From an uncultured Pelagibacteraceae bacterium (lineage in GTDB: Bacteria; Pseudomonadota; Alphaproteobacteria; Pelagibacterales; AG-422-B15), in the NCBI GenBank assembly GCA_902634765.1, contig CACPLH010000004.1, forward strand, positions 20,081 through 84,080: a DNA stretch of 64,000 bases, read 5' to 3'. The translations under genes were made by a program, and so were the position numbers. Below the pieces are notes generated by a model. The model saw nothing but the letters and a program-made list of their open reading frames with translations, was not told the DNA's origin and made no database searches. Of the stretch, positions 10,287 to 20,279 are shown one piece after another; within the stretch, counting starts at the first letter, position 1; every line of letters begins with the position of its first letter.

Positions 10287-13200
10287 ATGATGTTTTTTAA
10301 ATTTACATCAAGATTATGTTTAATTGTTTTTTTAATCGGAACCTCAAGTAGTTCTTTTGCAGCGGTCGCTTCAATCGATTTTTTTAAATTTGAGTCTTTT
10401 AAAGAAACAATTCAACTAAATGTTATTAAGAAAAATAATCTATCAGAAATTAATACTGCAGATTTAGATTTTGTTAGAGCTAATGATAAGCAATTAAAAA
10501 TAATCAGAAATGAAATAAAATTTTCAACATTTAACGAAGAAAAATTTTTAAATTCATATACTGAACTTAATAGTCTTTTCACTGAAATTTCATTTGATAT
10601 ATATCAAGAATCTAAATTTTATCTAATTACAAATAATGTTTTAACGCCAGGAATTGATACAAAATTAAGACGAATATCAGCAAATTATATTAACCAATTT
10701 TATGGGCTCTCTCCAATTTCTGTTTCGATGCCTCCAGAGAAAAGTAAATATCTGCCTATTGAATCACCATCTCTTACTGCCGCTGAGGCAGTGCCAGCAG
10801 TAGGATTGACAGGTGTCTCTATTGCAAGCGTTCTTGGTCTTGGCGCCGCTGCAGCTGGTGGATCTGGCGGAGGAAGTGGAGGCGGAGGTGGAGGATCGAA
10901 CCCTCTTGTTATCATTAGTTCTGGTACGACAGATATATATGACAGTGACTCAAGTGGATTCACTATTAATGTTAGTCTAAGTCCAACCTCAACAAATCCT
11001 GTAACTGTAAACTTTCAAAGCACTGGAACAGCAACACTAAGTAGTGATTTTAACGGCCCATCATCAGTTACTGTTCCTGCTGGAAGTTCATCAACAACCG
11101 TAACATATACCCCTGTAGCTGATAGCACTTATGAAGGAACAGAAATTATTAAAATTGAAATTTCTTCTGTTATAAATGGAACAGAATACGGAACACAATC
11201 AGTTAGTGTAAATTTAAAAGAATATGCTCTAAGATTAGGAACTGCATTTACTGACAGAGGAAATAGTTCTGCAAGAGCTGCTCTTACCGAATATGCAAAT
11301 GTTGGCAATCATTCAAGTGTGAATTCCACAATCCACCCTTATTCATTGATGAATATTCACAAAGCTCATGCATATTGGGATGGAACTCAGCATCTTAGTG
11401 GTAAAGGAGAAGTAATTCATGTAGCTGATTTCAATTGTGATGAAAATCATCAAGAGTTCACTCAAGGGGGTAAAACCACAACAGTCGTTGGGGTAGCTTT
11501 TAGTGCTGACAGTGCTTCCGATTTTCATTGTAATTTAGTTGCTGGTTATGCTGCTGGAGGATTTAGTGGGTCCTCATCAAGTAATGATATAATGGGAGTT
11601 GCATATGAAGCTGATCTCGTATTCTCACGTGTTCCAGGAACAAGTTATTTACAAAAGGCAGTAGACCTAGATTCTGCAAGAGCATTAAACGCCATTGCTT
11701 CTAATAACAGTTGGTCCACAAGCTGTGCAGATGAGGCTTCAGATGTCGATGCATTTATCGCCGCTAATCCTAGTGCTACCATTATGGAGGCCGTAGGTGG
11801 TGCTCTTGCTGGATGTGGAACAATTAGTTCAACTGCTACAGCTCATATGCAGGCTTATGTAGACTCAATAGATGCATTTCAAACCGCTGGAGGTATAATG
11901 GTGTTTGCCGCTGGAAACGATAACTCTGATAGTGATGTAAGCGCCTTAGCAGCTTTACCTATATGGTTTTCTCAATTGTCTGAGGCCTATATAACAGTTG
12001 CATACATGGAAGTTCGTGGTTCTCCCACAATTTCGGGCTCAAATTTTTTCCAATTATCTAATCCATGTCAGCAGATGGCTGAAAATTGCCTAGTAGCAGA
12101 TGCCTGGGAGATTTTTGGAGCATATTGGCATGATGATAGTAGCAGTACTAGTAATTACACTGATATAACTGGGGGAGGCTCATCTTCAGCCTCTCCAATG
12201 GTATCTGGTATTATTGCTTTATTAAATCAAGCATTTCCAAACCATACTCCAGAAATGATTGTTGATAGGCTTTTAGCAAGCGCAAACAATTCATGGTTTA
12301 CACCAACTGGAAATACAACTTTTACTACTCATGGAAATAGTATTAAACACGGATATCATTCGATATGGGGCCATGGAATACCAGATGCGTATGCTGCTCT
12401 ATCTCCAATTACCACTAGCCTAAATCCACTTATAGGTATTTCTACTGGTGGAAGTATGGTTAATAACGCTGATAATTTTAAAAGTCTTTTTCCGCCAAGC
12501 ACAACTGAACTTACTGCAAACTCATCTTTCGGTGACTCTCTAGTTCTTGGATTAAAAAATGAAAATGGTTATTTTTATGATGCGCTTGGAGGCGGCTTTA
12601 AGTTCGACTTATCGACTTTAGTAAAATCAAAAAGTAAAAAATCTGATATTAAAGAGTTCGTCAATAACGATATTATGAATCTTAGAAACCATGAATATGT
12701 TGGTAAACATAATAATAATTATATAAATGTATTAGGAAGTATTGGTAGAAATAAAAACTTTGTTACCAGTGTTAGTATTGATACGCCAAGTATTCCAATC
12801 CAGTATTTTCATAATTTAATACCCACCAGTTTTAGACACGACTCCGTATATACAAATCCATTTGTTAATCAAAAAAATGGAGGTTTAGGATTAAGTACTC
12901 AGTATAAGCACGGTAATAGTACTTTTATGCTTGGAATGCACGATTCTGGTAACCATTCTGGCTTATTTGGACAAGCATCAGATGACACTAAAACTATAGC
13001 GTCGTCATTCATTCACAATAGTAGATCAGTAGATCATCTTGCTGTGATATCAGGTATAATGGAAGAAAAAGATACTCTTTTGGGGTCAAAACACTCTGGC
13101 GCAATAGGTATTAGCGGCTCTAATCCAAAGTCATATTTTAATGGCTTCAATATTGAGCATAACTTCAATGATAATTTATCTTTTAAGGCAAACACAATAT

Positions 13201-13598
13201 TGGCTCGTACAATTGTTAAAAATCCAAAGAACAGCCTTATTCACTCTTTTAGCCCTATTTCAAGTTCAAGCTTTGAGATATCTGTGCTTAAAAAAAATAT
13301 TTTTGACCCTGATGATAGCCTACTAATTTCTCTTAGTCAGCCTAATCGAATTGAAACTGGCTCTATGAACTTTAAAATTCAAGATTTGGCAGACAGATAC
13401 GGAAACATCAATCATAATCTAAAAAAAATTAACCTTGAACCATCAGGCAGACAGATTGATTTTGGAATTAATTATACAAAAAAACTAAATGATAACGCAA
13501 TTTTTGGCGTTAAAAATGTACTTTCAAAAGACTATAGTCACTATAAAGATGGTAATTTGAGTCATTTAATTACCGCAACAGCCTCAATTAACTTTTAA
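10287..13598 (+). CDS. Large exported S8 (subtilase) peptidase with Calx-beta domain and probable C-terminal beta-barrel
   Basis: Signal peptide; Gly/Ala linker; Calx-beta (VTVNF..GTAT..DF...D...EG.E); triad regions HVADFN, FHCNLVAG, GSSSASPMVSG; oxyanion FAAGND; terminal Phe. Confidence 0.8.
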   Translation: MMFFKFTSRLCLIVFLIGTSSSSFAAVASIDFFKFESFKETIQLNVIKKNNLSEINTADLDFVRANDKQLKIIRNEIKFSTFNEEKFLNSYTELNSLFTEISFDIYQESKFYLITNNVLTPGIDTKLRRISANYINQFYGLSPISVSMPPEKSKYLPIESPSLTAAEAVPAVGLTGVSIASVLGLGAAAAGGSGGGSGGGGGGSNPLVIISSGTTDIYDSDSSGFTINVSLSPTSTNPVTVNFQSTGTATLSSDFNGPSSVTVPAGSSSTTVTYTPVADSTYEGTEIIKIEISSVINGTEYGTQSVSVNLKEYALRLGTAFTDRGNSSARAALTEYANVGNHSSVNSTIHPYSLMNIHKAHAYWDGTQHLSGKGEVIHVADFNCDENHQEFTQGGKTTTVVGVAFSADSASDFHCNLVAGYAAGGFSGSSSSNDIMGVAYEADLVFSRVPGTSYLQKAVDLDSARALNAIASNNSWSTSCADEASDVDAFIAANPSATIMEAVGGALAGCGTISSTATAHMQAYVDSIDAFQTAGGIMVFAAGNDNSDSDVSALAALPIWFSQLSEAYITVAYMEVRGSPTISGSNFFQLSNPCQQMAENCLVADAWEIFGAYWHDDSSSTSNYTDITGGGSSSASPMVSGIIALLNQAFPNHTPEMIVDRLLASANNSWFTPTGNTTFTTHGNSIKHGYHSIWGHGIPDAYAALSPITTSLNPLIGISTGGSMVNNADNFKSLFPPSTTELTANSSFGDSLVLGLKNENGYFYDALGGGFKFDLSTLVKSKSKKSDIKEFVNNDIMNLRNHEYVGKHNNNYINVLGSIGRNKNFVTSVSIDTPSIPIQYFHNLIPTSFRHDSVYTNPFVNQKNGGLGLSTQYKHGNSTFMLGMHDSGNHSGLFGQASDDTKTIASSFIHNSRSVDHLAVISGIMEEKDTLLGSKHSGAIGISGSNPKSYFNGFNIEHNFNDNLSFKANTILARTIVKNPKNSLIHSFSPISSSSFEISVLKKNIFDPDDSLLISLSQPNRIETGSMNFKIQDLADRYGNINHNLKKINLEPSGRQIDFGINYTKKLNDNAIFGVKNVLSKDYSHYKDGNLSHLITATASINF

Positions 13599-13605
13599 AT
13601 ATCAA

Positions 13606-14586
13606 TTAGGCACTTTTTAAATTTGCAAGTCTACTTGAGATTATACTTTCAGCCTCAGAAACAATTCCTTCAATTAGTTCCTTACAAGTAGGAATATCAT
13701 GAATGAGTCCTGCTACCATTCCACAGCTCCAAGCTCCAGCTTCCATTGTACCTTCTTGCATAATTTTTGGGTAAACACCTGCAACTTCACCAAAGATATC
13801 TTGAATTTGAATTTTATCCCCTAAAGATTTTTCTTTTTCTAGGATTCTATCAACTGCGTCATTTTTTAATACTCTTTCTGTATTTCTCAAAGGACGCATA
13901 ATTAGAGTAGTATCTAGTTCACTAGCGTTAACTAAGGCATCTTTTACATTTTGATGAACAGGAGCCTCTTTTGTCGCAATAAATCTAGTTCCCATGTTAA
14001 TTCCCTCAGCTCCCATAGCTAATGCGGCAACAAGTTGTTGTGCATTACCCATACCTCCAGAAGCAATGAATGGAATCTTGAGTTCTTCTGCAGCACGAGG
14101 AAGTAAAATCATATTTGGGATATCGTCTTCACCTGGGTGACCACCACATTCAAAACCATCAACACTTGCGGCATCACATCCAATTTTTTCAGCTTTAAGA
14201 GCGTGACGAACAGATGTACATTTATGAATTACTTTAATGCCAGCTTCTTTAAGAGGAGGCATAAACGCCTCAGGGCTACGCCCAGCAGTTTCTACAATTT
14301 TGATACCACCTTCAATAATTGCTTTAATATAACCTGGGTAATCAGGAGCAGCAAAACCAGGTAAAAATGTCAAATTAACGCCAAACGGTTTATCTGTCAT
14401 TTCATGACATCGAGCAATTTCTTTAGCAAGATCATCAGGCGTTGGTTGGGTTAGTCCAGTTATAATTCCAAGACCGCCAGCGTTAGACACTGCAGCTGCC
14501 ATTTCAGCAAATCCAACATAATGCATTCCACCTTGAACGATTGGGTGGTCAATATTAAGCATTTCAGTAATTTTAGTTTTTATCAT
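13606..14586 (-). CDS. Nitronate monooxygenase family flavin oxidoreductase
   Basis: PIVQGGM, SNAGGLG, DGFECGGH, ASGG, MGTRF. Confidence 0.88.
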   Translation of the reverse strand: MIKTKITEMLNIDHPIVQGGMHYVGFAEMAAAVSNAGGLGIITGLTQPTPDDLAKEIARCHEMTDKPFGVNLTFLPGFAAPDYPGYIKAIIEGGIKIVETAGRSPEAFMPPLKEAGIKVIHKCTSVRHALKAEKIGCDAASVDGFECGGHPGEDDIPNMILLPRAAEELKIPFIASGGMGNAQQLVAALAMGAEGINMGTRFIATKEAPVHQNVKDALVNASELDTTLIMRPLRNTERVLKNDAVDRILEKEKSLGDKIQIQDIFGEVAGVYPKIMQEGTMEAGAWSCGMVAGLIHDIPTCKELIEGIVSEAESIISSRLANLKSA

Positions 14587-14749
14587 TGAAGCTCCTTTGT
14601 AAAATCACTTTACTATAAATCTTATGATAAAATATGCAATAAGCTCAATTATTTATAGTTATTACTGTTAATATTTACTATTAAGATTTTTTAGTAATAA
14701 GCTAGTTTTAGAAATATGAGATAACTCTCATTTCATAAAGAGGTCTAGA

Positions 14750-15118
14750 TTGAAAAAATTATCTATAAAGAAATCTGTGAAAAGATTTGTTGAAAACTGG
14801 GTTGATGAACAAGCAGATCCGTTTGCTAGCTGGATGTTTCAATCAGTACTTCACTGGAACGTTTTAATGCTTATTGCAGATGCAACATTTAACTCATATG
14901 AGATAAGCTTTGAGGACATTTGTTTAAAGATTAACCACCGAGTGGGATCAAGAACCTCCATACAAAATATAATCAAGGTTGGCATTGAAAAGAAGTTCAT
15001 TGATAAAGAACCGTCAGAAAAAGATAGTAGAAGAAAAGTGCTTTACCTTTCAGAGATAGGCAATCGTAGTTTTATAAATTTTGTTCAAAAAGATGCAGCA
15101 ACTTATATCTATGAATAG
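14750..15118 (+). CDS. MarR-like winged-helix protein
   Basis: TTG start; HTH region followed by wing motif DSRRKVLYLS; divergent from the monooxygenase. Confidence 0.6.
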   Translation: MKKLSIKKSVKRFVENWVDEQADPFASWMFQSVLHWNVLMLIADATFNSYEISFEDICLKINHRVGSRTSIQNIIKVGIEKKFIDKEPSEKDSRRKVLYLSEIGNRSFINFVQKDAATYIYE

Positions 15119-15123
15119 ATATC

Positions 15124-16941
15124 TTAAGCTGTCTTTTTGTTTCTTTTGCGCTCGATAGCTGAAAGGTATCTTTTTCTGAGTCTTAGGCTTTTTGGTGTAA
15201 CTTCAAGTAACTCATCTTCATTAATATAAGCCATCATTTCCTCTAATGACATTTTTCTTGGAGTTGTCAATTTAACCGCTTCATCAGTTCCCGATGCACG
15301 AACATTTGTTAATTGTTTACCTTTTAAGACATTAATCTCAAGATCATTATCGCGACTATGCTCTCCAACGATCATTCCGCCATATACAGGAGTTTGATGT
15401 CCTATAAACATAGTTCCTCGATCTTGAAGATTAAAAATTGCATAAGCAACTGCCGTTCCTGTATCTGTTGAAATTAAAGCGCCATATTTTCGTCCTGGTA
15501 TATTTCCTTTAAAATTATCATATTTATTAAAAATTCTATTAATTACACCTGTTCCTTTAGTATCTGTTAAGAATTTATTTTGGTATCCTATTAATCCTCT
15601 AGAAGGTGCTAAAAAGATTAATCTTGTTTTACCAGCACCTGCCGCTCTCATATCTTGCATTTCAGCTTTTCTTTGATTCATTCCATCTACCACTGAACTT
15701 GTATACTCTTCATCGACATCAATAGTTACTTCTTCAATAGGTTCTAGTTTTGATCCATTATCAGACTTTTTATATAAAACTCTTGGCCGTGAGACGATCA
15801 ATTCAAATCCTTCTCTGCGCATCTGTTCAATTAAAACTCCAATTTGTAATTCACCTCGACCACCAATTTCAAATGAGTCTTTTTGATCATTCTCTTTAAA
15901 CGTGATCGCAACATTTGTTTCAGCTTCAGCCAATAATCGTTCTCGAATAACTGTAGATGTTACTTTTTTTCCCTCGGTTCCAGCAAAAGGTGAATCATTT
16001 ACTGTAATAGTTACTGACATCGTAGGCGGGTCAATGGGTGTTGATTGGAGAGGTTCTGTAACATCTATATTACAAATAGTGTCGGCAACTGAAGCTTCAG
16101 TAAGTCCTGCAATGCAAATAATATCTCCAGCAGTCACCGTATCTACAGGAATTCTATCTGCACCACGGAAGGTGAATAATTTTGTTAGACGTCCAGTCTC
16201 AATTTGATCACCATTAAGATTAATTGATTTGACTTGATCATTAACATTTGCAGATCCATGAACAACACGCCCAGTTAAACATCTGCCTAGATAAGGATCA
16301 GAGTCTAATAAAGTAGCTAACATTGCAAATGGTCTATTTATATCAACATCAGGTTCTTTTACGTGCTCAAGAATTAAATCTAATAGGGGATGTAAATTTT
16401 CTCGTTTATCACTCAAATCTTTTACGCACCATCCATCACGACCGGCTGCATACATAATTGGAAAATCTAATTGTTCTTCATTTGCATCTAACGCAACAAA
16501 TAAGTCAAAAACTTCATCAACAACTTCTTCAGCTCTTGAATCGTGCCTATCAATCTTATTAATAACAACAATTGGCTTCAAGCCCTGAGCAAGCGCTTTG
16601 CCCAATACAAACTTTGTTTGCGGCATAGGTCCTTCAGCAGCATCAGTTAAAATAATGACACCATCAGCCATTCCTAAAACACGCTCAACTTCACCACCAA
16701 AATCAGCATGACCAGGAGTATCAATAATATTAATCCTTACATCTTTCCATGTAATTGATGTTGGCTTAGCTAAAATTGTAATTCCACGTTCTTTTTCTAG
16801 ATCTCCAGAATCCATAAGTCGTTCATCAACTTGTTGATTATCACGAAACATTCCAGTTTGTTTCATAATGGAATCAATAAGAGTAGTCTTTCCATGATCC
16901 ACGTGTGCAATAATTGCGATATTACGTAATTTTGAACTCAT
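15124..16941 (-). CDS. typA: Translational GTPase TypA/BipA
   Basis: [50 protein letters not shown]. Confidence 0.97.
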   Translation of the reverse strand: MSSKLRNIAIIAHVDHGKTTLIDSIMKQTGMFRDNQQVDERLMDSGDLEKERGITILAKPTSITWKDVRINIIDTPGHADFGGEVERVLGMADGVIILTDAAEGPMPQTKFVLGKALAQGLKPIVVINKIDRHDSRAEEVVDEVFDLFVALDANEEQLDFPIMYAAGRDGWCVKDLSDKRENLHPLLDLILEHVKEPDVDINRPFAMLATLLDSDPYLGRCLTGRVVHGSANVNDQVKSINLNGDQIETGRLTKLFTFRGADRIPVDTVTAGDIICIAGLTEASVADTICNIDVTEPLQSTPIDPPTMSVTITVNDSPFAGTEGKKVTSTVIRERLLAEAETNVAITFKENDQKDSFEIGGRGELQIGVLIEQMRREGFELIVSRPRVLYKKSDNGSKLEPIEEVTIDVDEEYTSSVVDGMNQRKAEMQDMRAAGAGKTRLIFLAPSRGLIGYQNKFLTDTKGTGVINRIFNKYDNFKGNIPGRKYGALISTDTGTAVAYAIFNLQDRGTMFIGHQTPVYGGMIVGEHSRDNDLEINVLKGKQLTNVRASGTDEAVKLTTPRKMSLEEMMAYINEDELLEVTPKSLRLRKRYLSAIERKRNKKTA

Positions 16942-17017
16942 AAATGTTTGAAAGGGTTATTTTTAAAGGCTTCTAAACGCTTTGACGGATAAAATAAACC
17001 TTTATTTGTAAATAAAT

Positions 17018-17647
17018 CTATTGCGTGCCAATTGTATAAGGACCGCCAATTTCAATAGCTTTTTTATAAGCATCTCGCTTTTGATATCTAAGTAGTATTT
17101 CTTTTAAATTTGAGAAAGGCTCAAGAGATCTAGACATCATCGCTCCCTCAAAAACAAATGAAAGCATAATATCGACTGCCGAAAATCGATTTCTAAAAAA
17201 AAATTCATTATCACCAAGAACTGATGATAAATACCCTAAATGATTTTTAATCTCTGAATATATTCTTGGTTCTAAAGGTTTTGCACCATCACCAAGAAAG
17301 CGGCTATAGAGTAACAATAAGAATGGTAAAATTGCTGATCCTTCAGCATAATGCAATAATTCCAAGTAATGAAAATAATCATCATCTTCATTTTTTGGAG
17401 AGAAAGAGTCATCAGCATATTTTTCAACAATGAAAGTTGTAATTGCCGCTGACTCAATCAAAGTCTTATCTTTATAGGTGATAATAGGAGATTTACCGAG
17501 GGGGTGAATTTTTTTAAGTTCATCTGGAGCAAGATTGGTGCTTTTATCTCGTTTATAATAGATAATATCATATTCAACTTTAAGCTCTTCAAGTAACCAC
17601 AGTATTCGTTGTGATCTAGAATTATTTAAGTGATGAAGAGTAAGCAT
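17018..17647 (-). CDS. Glutathione S-transferase family protein
   Basis: HHLNNSRSQRILWLLEEL, HPLGKSP, ESAAI. Confidence 0.9.
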   Translation of the reverse strand: MLTLHHLNNSRSQRILWLLEELKVEYDIIYYKRDKSTNLAPDELKKIHPLGKSPIITYKDKTLIESAAITTFIVEKYADDSFSPKNEDDDYFHYLELLHYAEGSAILPFLLLLYSRFLGDGAKPLEPRIYSEIKNHLGYLSSVLGDNEFFFRNRFSAVDIMLSFVFEGAMMSRSLEPFSNLKEILLRYQKRDAYKKAIEIGGPYTIGTQ

Positions 17648-17710
17648 AAAAATTAAACTTTTTATTGTTATTAAATGTATATAGAATAATGCATTATAAC
17701 TTTTTTATAT

Positions 17711-18406
17711 ATGTTAGCGACTTTAAAAACAGAAGAAAACGTGTCAATCATTACACTTGATGATGGAAAGGTAAATGCCTTTTCTCCCGCAATGATTGCA
17801 GAGGTTGACTCATTATTGGACCAGGTACCAACTGACAAAGGGGCACTAATGTTCACAGGTAGAGAAGGTATGTTTACAGCTGGATTTGATCTGAAAGTCA
17901 TGGCTACAGATCCTGATGCTGCTGTTGGAATGATTAAATCTGGATTTAAGATGCTCCAAAGAATTTTTTCATTTCCAAGACCAGTTGTATCGGCATGCTC
18001 GGGTCATGCAATTGCAATGGGTGCTTTCTTACTTTGTAGCAGTGATTACCGTATCGCGGCTAATGGGGATTTTAAGGTTGGAGCTAATGAATTAAGAAAC
18101 AATATGATTATTCCAACTCCAATATTAGAAATTGCTAAATTTAAACTTGCTAAGTCTCATAAGCAAAGAGCGCTACTAAATGCTGAGATGTATTCAATAC
18201 AAGATGCAATTGAGCCGGGTTATATAGATGAATTAATAGAAGCTGATCAATTATATGATGCAGCACTTACAAAAGCAAAAGATCTGGGAACATTAGCGCA
18301 CCCACAATATGATCAAACTAAAAAAATTGATCAAGAAGATGTGATTAAAAAAATTAGTTCAGGTATTGACCAAATAGAAGGCGTACTTCCAAGACAATCA
18401 CTTTAA
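17711..18406 (+). CDS. Crotonase/enoyl-CoA hydratase family protein
   Basis: DDGKVNA, FTAGFDL, GHAIAMGAFLL, GANE. Confidence 0.88.
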   Translation: MLATLKTEENVSIITLDDGKVNAFSPAMIAEVDSLLDQVPTDKGALMFTGREGMFTAGFDLKVMATDPDAAVGMIKSGFKMLQRIFSFPRPVVSACSGHAIAMGAFLLCSSDYRIAANGDFKVGANELRNNMIIPTPILEIAKFKLAKSHKQRALLNAEMYSIQDAIEPGYIDELIEADQLYDAALTKAKDLGTLAHPQYDQTKKIDQEDVIKKISSGIDQIEGVLPRQSL

Positions 18407-18407
18407 T

Positions 18408-18659
18408 TTAAGTTTTTTGTTTTGAAGATTTAAATCGATCTGACAAGGGTAAGATTTTTGTTTTGCGGCCACGCACTCTCTGTCTCCACATAAGGAATGA
18501 AGACCTCTTTAAATTTTTTTTCATAATTGCAATTACATCTTTTTCATAGATACCGTATTGATTTTTTATATCAGTGAATGTGGTGCGATCCTCCCACGCC
18601 ATTTCAATAATTCGATCAATATCTGAGATTTGAAGAGACGGAATTGATTTTTTACTCAT
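18408..18659 (-). CDS. TIGR03643/DUF2805 family protein
   Basis: RIIEMAWEDRT...LK.SSF..WR.RV.GRKTK signature. Confidence 0.8.
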   Translation of the reverse strand: MSKKSIPSLQISDIDRIIEMAWEDRTTFTDIKNQYGIYEKDVIAIMKKNLKRSSFLMWRQRVRGRKTKILPLSDRFKSSKQKT

Positions 18660-18704
18660 ATGCGTTAATTAGTTTATGAATATCATATATCAAGTATTTA
18701 ATTT

Positions 18705-19838
18705 ATGAACATTAAGCCTGAACTAGAATTTGCACAAAATCGATTAAATGATTTTATTGAAAATAACATTCATGAATATGCAAATAAAAGAAATTTTGAT
18801 TTTGGGCCCGAAAATAGATCAAACATATCATATTTATCACCATTTATTTCTCATCGATTGTTATTTGAGTACGATATTGCAAAAAAAGTCCTATCAAAGT
18901 TTCCCTATTTAAAAGTTGAGAAATTCATTCAAGAAATTTTTTGGAGAACATATTGGAAAGGATGGCTTGAGTTAAGGCCCGATGTTTGGAATGATTATAA
19001 ATTATCATTGAATGACTTAGATAAAGACGACCGCTATCATGAAGCAATAGAAGGTAGAACAAATATCGATTGTTTTAATGACTGGGTTTGTGAATTAAAA
19101 AATGAAAATTATCTTCATAACCATTCTCGTATGTGGTTTGCAAGTATTTGGATTTTCACACTTGGTCTCCCATGGCAATTAGGCGCACAGTTTTTCTTAG
19201 AACACTTGTATGATGGCGATGCTGCGTCTAACACTTTAAGTTGGAAATGGGTTGCTGGACTTCAGACCAAAGGAAAGCATTACATAGCTCGACCAGATAA
19301 TATTCAAAAATTTACTAATGGTCGCTATATCAATATTAGATTAAAGACATCAATGCCACCACTAACGGATCAAAAAGACTATTTTATTAAAGATCAAAAT
19401 TTTCATAATTTTGAAAAAAAATATGATTCACTTATTGTATTAGATACAGATCTTTATCTAGATGAAGAAATGACCAGTAAATATAGTAAGATTTATTTAA
19501 TTGAGAACAGAAATGACACAAGAGCCATTAAGTTGAGTGATAATGTTTCTACCTTTAAAGCAAATCTTTTAAAAAATGTTTCAAGCCATAGTGAAAAAAT
19601 TTCAATTATGACAAGCGACACCCTTGAAAATCTATTTAAAAACGAGCAGAATTTTGATGTTATTTATCCGTTCGTAGGGGAAAATTTAGATTATCTAAGA
19701 ATTTTAGAAGCAAATCATAATTTAACTCTAAATATTTTATTTAGAAAAGAAGATGCTTTTTGTTGGGAGTTTTCAAATAAAGGTTATTTTAATTTTAAGA
19801 AAAATATTCCAAAAATTATTAGTAAGTTTTTAGTCTAG
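18705..19838 (+). CDS. DNA photolyase, short domain-inverted type (FAD domain N-terminal)
   Basis: LSPFISHRL, KFIQEIFWRTYWKGWLE, YLHNHSRMWFASIW, DGDAASNTLSW in the N-terminal half. Confidence 0.82.
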   Translation: MNIKPELEFAQNRLNDFIENNIHEYANKRNFDFGPENRSNISYLSPFISHRLLFEYDIAKKVLSKFPYLKVEKFIQEIFWRTYWKGWLELRPDVWNDYKLSLNDLDKDDRYHEAIEGRTNIDCFNDWVCELKNENYLHNHSRMWFASIWIFTLGLPWQLGAQFFLEHLYDGDAASNTLSWKWVAGLQTKGKHYIARPDNIQKFTNGRYINIRLKTSMPPLTDQKDYFIKDQNFHNFEKKYDSLIVLDTDLYLDEEMTSKYSKIYLIENRNDTRAIKLSDNVSTFKANLLKNVSSHSEKISIMTSDTLENLFKNEQNFDVIYPFVGENLDYLRILEANHNLTLNILFRKEDAFCWEFSNKGYFNFKKNIPKIISKFLV

Positions 19839-19854
19839 TTGGTAATCTTTAAGT

Positions 19855-20277
19855 ATGTTCATTCAAAAAGAAATTGAGATCACAATAAGTGATAAGGGCT
19901 TTTACGATATAACATCTATCGTGAATGAAGCGGTATCCAAGCATAGAATTCAGAAGGGGCTGTGTAGTCTATTTATCAAGCACACGTCAGCCTCATTGAC
20001 AATACAGGAGAATGCAGATCCAAGAGTTCTTGAAGATTTGACGACTTTTTTAGATAAAATAGCCCCAGAAGGAGACAATTATGCTCATGATGATGAAGGG
20101 TTAGATGATATGCCCGCTCATATTAAGTCTATGGTCACCAACACTGAAATTAGTATACCAATTAAAAGCACTAAATTGGATCTTGGAACATGGCAGGGAA
20201 TATTTTTGATTGAACATAGAAAAGCGCAAGGTGGAGCTGGCTTTCGAAGATTAATTACATTGTCTCTTATTGCATAA
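19855..20277 (+). CDS. yjbQ: YjbQ/UPF0047 family protein
   Basis: HTSASLTIQENADP, DDMPAHIK, LGTWQGI. Confidence 0.9.
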   Translation: MFIQKEIEITISDKGFYDITSIVNEAVSKHRIQKGLCSLFIKHTSASLTIQENADPRVLEDLTTFLDKIAPEGDNYAHDDEGLDDMPAHIKSMVTNTEISIPIKSTKLDLGTWQGIFLIEHRKAQGGAGFRRLITLSLIA

Positions 20278-20279
20278 AT

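Noticed and set aside
10845..10897. GC-rich GGN repeats
   Set aside because: They encode the Ala/Gly linker of the S8 protein, not an independent DNA repeat
14662..14697. TTACT(G/A)TTAA repeats as an operator for the MarR-like gene
   Set aside because: Too AT-rich to distinguish from chance by eye
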